DNA from: Candidatus Hydrogenedentota bacterium
Lineage (GTDB): Bacteria; Hydrogenedentota; Hydrogenedentia; Hydrogenedentales; SLHB01
NCBI GenBank assembly: GCA_045863295.1
Contig: BTWA01000016.1
Span: 67,480 to 131,479, forward strand
Direction: 5' to 3'
DNA length: 64,000 nucleotides
A model generated the notes under the pieces. It was not told where the DNA came from. It was given only the letters and a program-made list of their open reading frames with translations, and made no database searches. The position numbers and the translations under genes are program-made. The stretch's first letter is position 1. Every line of letters starts with the position of its first letter. Positions 30,574 through 37,726 of the stretch are shown piece by piece.

Positions 30574-31622
30574 TGGCGAAGTCTCGGATCCATGGCGTCT
30601 TGAAGGCCTTCACCGACGAGGTTAAACGCCGTGACGGTGGCGAAGATCGCCAAGCCTGGATACACGACAAGCCACCACGCACCACGAAAGAGATACACGT
30701 AGGCTTGCGAAAGAAGTTGGCCCCAACTTGCGGCGGGCGGCGGGACGCCGAATCCGAGAAACGTTAGTGCATTCTCCGCCAGGATTGCGGAGGCGACACC
30801 AAACGTTGCCGCCACCAGCACCGGCGACAAGGCGTTTGGCAGTAGGTGCCGAAACATGATGCGCGCGTCCGTCAGGCCAGTGGCGCGCGCCGCCGTGGCA
30901 AAGTCACTTTCACGCAACTTGAGGAACTCGCCTCGAACCAGTCGTGCGATGCTGGTCCAGCCAAACAATCCAAGCACCACCATCACGTTGTAAATACTGG
31001 GCGGTAGAAAGGCCATGATCGCCAGAATCAGAATGAACAACGGAAAACACAACACCACTTCAATCACTCGGAGTATGACGGCGTCCGCCCATCCCCCGTA
31101 GTACCCTGCAAGACACCCCAGCAAAACGCCGATCGCGACGGAAATGCCCATCGCGACAAACCCGACAGTCATTGAAATGCGCGCACCCCAGATGAGCCGG
31201 CTCAACACGTCCCTGCCCACGTTGTCCGTGCCCAGCAAGTGTGTCCGGCCGGGCTTTTCCAGCACTTTGAATAGGTCCGTGCGGTATGGCGAGAACGGAA
31301 TGGGGGGCCACACGGCCCATTCGCCATTGGCGGCGCTGGGCCGCCATGTACCGAAGTCCACCGAAATCAGCGCGTTGTAGCCTATCGCATTGGGAAATAG
31401 AAACGTGCGGCCGTCTTTCTTCATCAGAATCGGAACATCCCCGGCCAGAAAGGGCGCCACTACGGCAATCAAGGCCAACAGCATCAGGAAGATCATCGCG
31501 GCCAATGACACCTTTCGCCTGCAGAATTGCCGCCACACCAGGCGCCAGTACCCGGCATGGACGGCTTCGGCCAGTGGCCCCGCCGGCGGATGGAGGAGCG
31601 GTTCTGTCGGCGCCGCACTCAC
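30570..31622 (-). CDS. Opp/Dpp ABC permease (OppC-like)
   Basis: [14 protein letters not shown]-type loop [23 protein letters not shown]. Confidence 0.95.
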   Translation of the reverse strand: MSAAPTEPLLHPPAGPLAEAVHAGYWRLVWRQFCRRKVSLAAMIFLMLLALIAVVAPFLAGDVPILMKKDGRTFLFPNAIGYNALISVDFGTWRPSAANGEWAVWPPIPFSPYRTDLFKVLEKPGRTHLLGTDNVGRDVLSRLIWGARISMTVGFVAMGISVAIGVLLGCLAGYYGGWADAVILRVIEVVLCFPLFILILAIMAFLPPSIYNVMVVLGLFGWTSIARLVRGEFLKLRESDFATAARATGLTDARIMFRHLLPNALSPVLVAATFGVASAILAENALTFLGFGVPPPAASWGQLLSQAYVYLFRGAWWLVVYPGLAIFATVTAFNLVGEGLQDAMDPRLRQ

Positions 31623-32614
31623 TCGAACCGCACCCGTGGATCGGTTAGAACATACAACACTTCCGTAAGAATCAGTCCAATCAGGGTAAGCAACGCCGAG
31701 ATGGTTAGAATGCCCATCATCAGAGGATAGTCCCGAGACAGGACCGCTTCAAAGATGAGTCGGCCCATCCCGGGAATGTTGAAGATCTGCTCGATGATTA
31801 CGCTGCCTCCCAGCATTGCCGGGAGAAGCGAACCAAGTAGGGTCATGATCGGGATCAACGAATTACGCATCGCGTACTTGAAGATGACGACTTTCTCGCT
31901 GAAACCATACGCACGGGCGGTGCGGATGTAGTCCTGCCGGATGACTTCGAGCATGCCCGCGCGTTGAAAGCGGGAGACCTCGGCCAGCCCCGCATAGGTT
32001 AAACAAAAGACGGGAAGGGCCAGATGCCATGCCCTGTCCGCTAACCATTTGGGCCACGGCATTTGATCCGCGCCGAGAGAATTGAGCCCATAAATGGGAA
32101 ACACTTCCAAATGCCGGCCGCTGCCAAGGTAGTAAATGAGCATCATGGCAACCCAAAACGTGGGCAGGCTGTACAGGATGAAAAGAAAGACCGTGATAAT
32201 CGTATCCGCCCAGCTATGCTGCTTTACCGCGGAAAACACTCCCAAGGGAACGGATATCAGGTAGATGAGGAACAGCGAAATGATGTTGAGTTGAAGCGTA
32301 ATGGGCAATGCATCGCCGATCTTGTCGATGACCGGCCGGCGATCCTTGTAGGAGTCTCCGAAATCAAGCGTTGCAATTCGCATCAGCCATTTAGCGTATT
32401 GAACCGGTATGGGCTTATCCAATCCATACAGTTTCTTTGTTTGTTCGATAACCTCGCGCGGAATTGAATCGCGGCCCGCGGCCCCTTCCATCCGCATCAA
32501 CCGGATTGTCACGGGACTTCCCGGAGCCAACTGGATGACCATAAAGATAAGAAAGGTAATGCCCAATAGGGTAGGCACGATGAGCATCAGGCGCCGCAGC
32601 AGATATGCCTTCAC
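31619..32614 (-). CDS. Opp/Dpp ABC permease (OppB-like)
   Basis: YLLRRL, YGLDKP, DYIRTARAYG, SRDYP, DPRVR; GTG start. Confidence 0.95.
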   Translation of the reverse strand: MKAYLLRRLMLIVPTLLGITFLIFMVIQLAPGSPVTIRLMRMEGAAGRDSIPREVIEQTKKLYGLDKPIPVQYAKWLMRIATLDFGDSYKDRRPVIDKIGDALPITLQLNIISLFLIYLISVPLGVFSAVKQHSWADTIITVFLFILYSLPTFWVAMMLIYYLGSGRHLEVFPIYGLNSLGADQMPWPKWLADRAWHLALPVFCLTYAGLAEVSRFQRAGMLEVIRQDYIRTARAYGFSEKVVIFKYAMRNSLIPIMTLLGSLLPAMLGGSVIIEQIFNIPGMGRLIFEAVLSRDYPLMMGILTISALLTLIGLILTEVLYVLTDPRVRFE

Positions 32615-32734
32615 GTTTCGGCGCTCCACCCGCGCTCATCACGGACATACAAATGTTCACCAGTGAATTTCAAACCAGCCTCAATACTATCCATTCAACC
32701 GATGCGTCTGTCTCTTCACGAAACCACGCTTACT

Positions 32735-34477
32735 TCACGGCGCATATTTTTGCTGACCCGCGGGCACCCACCATTGCGGTTCTTCGAATCCGACGCGGTA
32801 CATCTTCACGCCTTGAAAGCGCTTTGCAATCGCAATCATTTGAAGGCGATTCATGAAGAACGTGTACGGTTGTTCCTCGTGCAGTATGGCGTGGACCCTA
32901 TGCCAAAGTGCGGATCGCTTCTCGGGATCGAATTCTTCGCGTATTTTCTCCACTAGCTCGTCCATCTCGGCGCTCACGAAACCGGGATAGTTGTCGCCGT
33001 TCTCCACCTGGCTCGAATGCCATAGTTGATAGGGGTCGGAGTCTGGCGGAATCGCCCATGACAACGTGACTGAGTCGAATTCACGCTTGGTAATATTTTC
33101 GATAAACCTGGCCCATTCGATCTCGCGAATGCGGAGATCCACCCCCGCTTTCGCGAGCTCCTCTTTGTACACAACAGCCATCTGGCGCACTTCTTCCCGT
33201 CCGGGCGGATACATCAACTCAAAGCTCAACTTCACCCCGTCCTTGTCTCGAACCCCGTCGGTGTCGCTGTCTTTCCAGCCGGCCGCATCCAGTTTTGCTT
33301 TGGCGGCTTCCGGATCAAAAGGCCATGGAGCAATGGACTTGTCGTAGTCAGGGCTTTCCGAAAATGCCGGGCCAGAAATGACTTTGCCATAGCCGTGCCA
33401 GATCTTGTCCACCAGGAGTTGCCGGTTAAACAACAGGGTTAGGGCCTGGCGTACTTCCTTCTGCTTGAACTGGGGCTTGCGCAAATTCCATGCAACGTAA
33501 CTGTAGTTACCCAAGTACCCCTGCGGGGCCCAATTCACATACTTCGCAAACTTGGCCTCGAACTCCGGCGTCGCGGCCTGATTGATCCATTGTTCCGGCT
33601 GAAGCTGCATAATGGCATCCAATTCCTGCCGCTCCAACACTTGGAAGGCCGAATTGTCGTCGGTGATGACTTTGTACACCATTTTTTCCGGAAAGAATTT
33701 AGGTTCCTTGTTCCAGTAATTCGGATTGCGTTTGAAGACGATTTGCTGGTTCGTCTCCCACGATTCGAATATGTATGGACCTGATCCCACGGGCTTGCGG
33801 TTTGCGGGATGTAAATTGAAGTCGCCGGTGCCATAAACGTGTTTCGGATAAACCGGGATACCTCCCAGGATCAGAAGATTTCGAAAATACGGTTTGGCGC
33901 AGGTGAATTGGATCGTGTAGTCATCAATCAGTTCGGCTTTCACCACATCTTTGTAATAGTTTCGAAGGCCTGCCGTTTCGTTCGCTGGATTCTTGATGGC
34001 GTCGTGCGTGAAAAGAATGTCATGGGCCGTCAATGGTTGTCCGTCGGAAAAATAGGCGTCTTTGCGAATCTTATACGTGTAAACGAGGTGATCATCGGAA
34101 ACTTCGTAGGATTCCGCCAACATCAACTTGGGTTCAAGCGTGGCCTTATTCTGTTCCAAGGCGCTCTCAAACGTATACATCATGATCCGGTTGGAATAAG
34201 CATCGGCCGTATCCAGCACTACATTGAGATGACCCGGTTCGACCGGAATGCGCTGGACGACCCAGTCGCCGGTGACTCCGTTGGGATCGGCCCTGTCGTC
34301 GGCTAGTTCAACCGGCGAAACCAACTTCGCGGCTTTGTCGTCGTCGACTCCCGTTGCCGGGGTTGAACTGGATGGGGAACCGGTTGGTTCAGGGGGAGCG
34401 CCGCATCCGGGTAATGCCAAACCAGCGGCAAGTACCATGCCTATAACGAGCAGGCAGAAGCGTCCGCAACGATTCAT
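32735..34477 (-). CDS. Opp/Dpp ABC substrate-binding lipoprotein (SBP family 5)
   Basis: Lipobox LALPG-C; LAESYEVSDD, FSDGQPLTAHD, PVGSGPY, LDAAGW. Confidence 0.93.
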   Translation of the reverse strand: MNRCGRFCLLVIGMVLAAGLALPGCGAPPEPTGSPSSSTPATGVDDDKAAKLVSPVELADDRADPNGVTGDWVVQRIPVEPGHLNVVLDTADAYSNRIMMYTFESALEQNKATLEPKLMLAESYEVSDDHLVYTYKIRKDAYFSDGQPLTAHDILFTHDAIKNPANETAGLRNYYKDVVKAELIDDYTIQFTCAKPYFRNLLILGGIPVYPKHVYGTGDFNLHPANRKPVGSGPYIFESWETNQQIVFKRNPNYWNKEPKFFPEKMVYKVITDDNSAFQVLERQELDAIMQLQPEQWINQAATPEFEAKFAKYVNWAPQGYLGNYSYVAWNLRKPQFKQKEVRQALTLLFNRQLLVDKIWHGYGKVISGPAFSESPDYDKSIAPWPFDPEAAKAKLDAAGWKDSDTDGVRDKDGVKLSFELMYPPGREEVRQMAVVYKEELAKAGVDLRIREIEWARFIENITKREFDSVTLSWAIPPDSDPYQLWHSSQVENGDNYPGFVSAEMDELVEKIREEFDPEKRSALWHRVHAILHEEQPYTFFMNRLQMIAIAKRFQGVKMYRVGFEEPQWWVPAGQQKYAP

Positions 34478-34600
34478 GATCTCACTCCTATGCCCATCAC
34501 CACGAAATCTAGTTTCAAGCGTACCGAATCACTCATAGTAGCAAAGGTCAAAGACTCAGTCATCATTGGGCTGTGGCAAACTTGTCAAAATAAGCCAAGC

Positions 34601-35413
34601 TTACTGAAAATCAGGTTCGAGGTAACGGCCACTGACCACAGCGTCCAAGTGGCCCAACTTCTGGTAACGAAACTGTTCTGCCAGCGGATAGCCTGCTCGC
34701 TGTCCAACAGCGGCAAAATAACTGTGCAGGTTAGAACGAATGATTCTTTGGTGCTCTTCCCAAGAATCCTTTTGCAGCACGGGAACATCAATTCCAAGTA
34801 TGGATGCCTCTTGGATCAAATGGTCAATCATTAAATCCATTTGGCACCGGTGCATAAGAAGCGCGGCGACTTTCTTTTCAAAAGTTCTCGTAATCTCGAC
34901 AAAAAGGGACGCGTCACGCGGGTGCTTTGCAAACCAATAGGCCTCCGTCACGGGATATGGGTCATAGTTCGATTCCGGGTGAAATTTTGGATTCCCCGAG
35001 AAGGACGCGGCCTCCAATGCAGCCATTCCGGTTACCCGGTGGTCGGGATGCTCCTCAAACGGAGCGAACGGATCCCAACTCATAACGATGTCGGCGCGAA
35101 TCTCGCGAATATAGTCCATCACCTTGCCACGCAATACGTTAGGATTCTCTTGGTTCAATTCGCCGTCTTCATATTCTCCAAATCGCACCGATTTCAGTCC
35201 AAGGTATTGGCCCGCTTCCACTGCTTCCCGGGCTGAAAGGGCTTTTACTTCGTCTGCCGTCAATCGGTGCGACCCCTTGGCATTATCTGTAAGTATATAT
35301 TCATAAAGTGCGTAACCTCTTTCATCGACGAATCGGGCCACGGTACCCCCTGCAAGAAACTCCATATCGTCTGCATGGGCTACGACAACCAGGACAGTCT
35401 TCTTTCGGGCCAT
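34601..35413 (-). CDS. PIG-L/LmbE family deacetylase
   Basis: VAHADDME, EHPDHR, KKVAALLMHRCQ motifs. Confidence 0.9.
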   Translation of the reverse strand: MARKKTVLVVVAHADDMEFLAGGTVARFVDERGYALYEYILTDNAKGSHRLTADEVKALSAREAVEAGQYLGLKSVRFGEYEDGELNQENPNVLRGKVMDYIREIRADIVMSWDPFAPFEEHPDHRVTGMAALEAASFSGNPKFHPESNYDPYPVTEAYWFAKHPRDASLFVEITRTFEKKVAALLMHRCQMDLMIDHLIQEASILGIDVPVLQKDSWEEHQRIIRSNLHSYFAAVGQRAGYPLAEQFRYQKLGHLDAVVSGRYLEPDFQ

Positions 35414-35538
35414 AACAAGTGCCTTTCTGTCTGTTATTGCCGAAGCATAATCCCCAGTTAACGTAGGCTCAAGTCTAGAGTTGGAACTGGAAGAGTCGGA
35501 TTGAGGATGAAGTTGGGACTTTTTTTGAGAACCGGGGT

Positions 35539-35756
35539 TTATTCACAAGTTATTCACACTTTAGACTTAATCTATTGACAAATAAATAATCTATTTTTGG
35601 TCGTTTCTGATAACATGATTTGCCATGAATATTGGTTATAAGTCAATTAATGACTTACCTTTATATACGATCTTCATTTTCTATAAGGCGATTTAAGGTC
35701 TAGAGATGTAATGGGTCAAGTCGAAAAGTGGTAGACTTATTCAGAAGTTATTCACA
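35539..35756. promoter_or_regulatory. DnaA-box cluster downstream of dnaN (oriC-like, part 1)
   Basis: TTATTCACA at 35539, 35550 and 35748, TTATTCAGA at 35737; arranged as two tandem pairs around an AT-rich tract (35581-35640 is 15/60 GC by hand count). Confidence 0.78.
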
Positions 35757-35785
35757 AGGCAGATAGGGCGTTTCCGAAACGGGCA

Positions 35786-35801
35786 CCACAATATCTTGGG
35801 T
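35786..35801. promoter_or_regulatory. NrdR-box-like palindrome
   Basis: CCACAATATCTTGGGT compared with consensus acaCwAtATaTwGtgt; only one copy seen. Confidence 0.45.
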
Positions 35802-35805
35802 TAAT

Positions 35806-35837
35806 AGAAAAGGCTGATGTTTTTGTACACCAGCCTT
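35806..35837 (-). terminator. Intrinsic terminator of dnaN
   Basis: Minus strand AAGGCTGGTGT-ACAAAA-ACATCAGCCTT followed by TTCT, about 28 bp after the dnaN stop. Confidence 0.6.
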
Positions 35838-35864
35838 CTTACTCTGCAATTATTTGATCGGGGA

Positions 35865-36971
35865 TCAAATTCGAATGGGCATGATTACGTTCAAGTAGTT
35901 GTCTGAAGGGCCATCCTCGAACGGTTTCAATACGCCCGGACTCATCGTATCTTTCAAAACCAAGCATATCTTCGGCGAATTGATCCGTCGTAGCACATCG
36001 AGAATGAAATCCGGGTTGAACGCAATTTCGAGTTTTCCCCCACCAAATTCAACGGGCATCTCTTCTTCATATTCGCCCACTTCGGGTGTGACCACCCGTA
36101 AGGTCAATACATTTCCATCCAGAATAAACCGGACCGAATTGAATTTGTCGTTGGTCATGGTTCGGGTTCGGCGGACCGCTTCCAGAAACGCGGATGTATC
36201 AAACACCGCTTCCTTATCGTGCTTCTTGGGAATGACCATGTCGTAATTTGGAAATGTGCCTTCAATGAGCGCTGTAACTAGACGCAGCGATCCAAATTCA
36301 AATGCAGCTTGCGTTTCGTCGATAAAGACCTTAACTTCCTGATCATCACCCAGTAAGCGTTCCAATTCGCTAATCATCTTTCCGGGAATAATGACTTTCA
36401 AATCAACACCAGACGGTATTCCCTCTACTTGCCGGTACAGACTCATGCGTCGGCCATCGGTCGAAACGGCGGTCAATTGGGAATCGCTGAGTTCACACAA
36501 CAGTCCGGTGAGATTGTATCGGGCCTGATCGGAACAGATAGCAAAACTGGTTCGAAGAAAAATTGTTTTCAATACCATTTGCGGGAGTACCAAGGGCTCA
36601 ATGCCATCAAACGAACGAACCGGTGGAAACTCCTCTGGAGCCATACTGAACAGCTTGGTTTGAATCTTTCCACGGGACAAGGAAATGACGTTGTTGTCGC
36701 CCAGCGTCAAGGTTACTTCGCCTTCTGGAAGCTCGGCTAGAATCGATTGCAGCCTTTGTGCTGATACGGTCATAGAACCCGGCTCCAGGACGTCGCAATC
36801 GATACCACACTCAATGCTAACCTTGAGATCAGTGGCGGTCAGTTTCAGGCGACCGTCGCTGGCCTCAATAAGCAGGTGCGATAGAATGGGCAGGGCCGAC
36901 TTGGGCGAGACAACGGTCTTGACCTTATTGACGGCGTCGAGCAAATGCTGGCGAGCAATAACGATTTTCAT
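35865..36971 (-). CDS. dnaN: DNA polymerase III beta sliding clamp
   Basis: SALPILSH, LTATDL, EEFPP, STDGRRM, LIEGTFPNY, IAFNPDFILD, VIMPIRI. Confidence 0.98.
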   Translation of the reverse strand: MKIVIARQHLLDAVNKVKTVVSPKSALPILSHLLIEASDGRLKLTATDLKVSIECGIDCDVLEPGSMTVSAQRLQSILAELPEGEVTLTLGDNNVISLSRGKIQTKLFSMAPEEFPPVRSFDGIEPLVLPQMVLKTIFLRTSFAICSDQARYNLTGLLCELSDSQLTAVSTDGRRMSLYRQVEGIPSGVDLKVIIPGKMISELERLLGDDQEVKVFIDETQAAFEFGSLRLVTALIEGTFPNYDMVIPKKHDKEAVFDTSAFLEAVRRTRTMTNDKFNSVRFILDGNVLTLRVVTPEVGEYEEEMPVEFGGGKLEIAFNPDFILDVLRRINSPKICLVLKDTMSPGVLKPFEDGPSDNYLNVIMPIRI

Positions 36972-37079
36972 GTCTCTCCATCCCGCGTTGCAAAAACCAC
37001 CGCTCTACCTGCCATCAACGAGAATCAAAGGAAGAGCGGACTGAAGTCTAGTGAAGCATTCCCCTCGAATCAATCGCGC

Positions 37080-37661
37080 ATATAATAACTCGAATGATCT
37101 CGCATTAAAAGAGAGTCATCGTAGTCATCGGGAACTGAATAACTGGTAAAAGGGACTTAACTTTCTATTTTGTAATCGGTTAGCCCGTGGAGTAACGAGT
37201 GGAAAACCTGTTTGACTTATACACATTTTCCACCGTCTTTTACGAAATTGGGTCTTCGGCTCCCTTTGTTTTGGATAACTATCCCTTTTTTAAACGGCTT
37301 GTCCCCACGTTTTTTGGGTCTTATTCACAGGGCGTGGGGATATATTTCTAATCGAAACACAACAAAGTTATTCACATGACCTATCTGGTTGAAATCAGGA
37401 CGTTTGAACCGGTTATCCCCCAATTTATTCACAATAAGGAACAATGTGCTTTGGGCTGGCCAGATATATTTTTAGATTAAGACTACATTACAACATAAGA
37501 TGTTTATTTGCAATTGTTTATATAGAATAAACAAGGTATTCTTTTTAATCAATTTGTGGGTCTCCATGTAGTCGTTCAGACAACTTTGTTTATATTCGTC
37601 GGTAGGATTTCAAAAGTATTTAGACTCCCGGTAAAATCAACTTATTAACAGGTTATTCACA
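37080..37661. promoter_or_regulatory. DnaA-box cluster with DnaA-trio-like motif and AT-rich tract upstream of dnaN (oriC-like, part 2)
   Basis: TTATACACA at 37217; TTATTCACA at 37321, 37368, 37425 and 37653; degenerate boxes at 37134, 37198, 37226, 37270, 37413 and 37642; minus-strand GAT-GAC-TAC-GAT-GAC at 37115-37129; 37501-37560 is 14/60 GC. Confidence 0.85.
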
Positions 37662-37704
37662 AAAGAAGAACCCCGGTAGCGGCCATTTCAGGCTGTACCG
37701 GGGT
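37661..37704 (-). terminator. Intrinsic terminator of the second GspE/PilB ATPase gene
   Basis: ACCCCGGTA (37670-37678) / TACCGGGGT (37696-37704) stem, followed by TCTTCTTTT on the minus strand. Confidence 0.65.
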
Positions 37705-37726
37705 GTGAGCCAGTCTACTTAACAGG

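Noticed and set aside
35769..35781. Palindrome CGTTTCCGAAACG as a parS site
   Set aside because: The half-sites resemble parS but the centre is too short for the 16-bp TGTTTCACGTGAAACA consensus
37635..37647. IHF consensus match AATCAA-CTTA-TTA
   Set aside because: It overlaps a DnaA-box-like sequence in very AT-rich DNA, where chance matches are likely
35539..37661. Short repeats read as a CRISPR array or plasmid iterons
   Set aside because: The repeats are 9-mers matching TTWTNCACA with irregular spacing; there are no 23-47 bp direct repeats and no cas or rep gene
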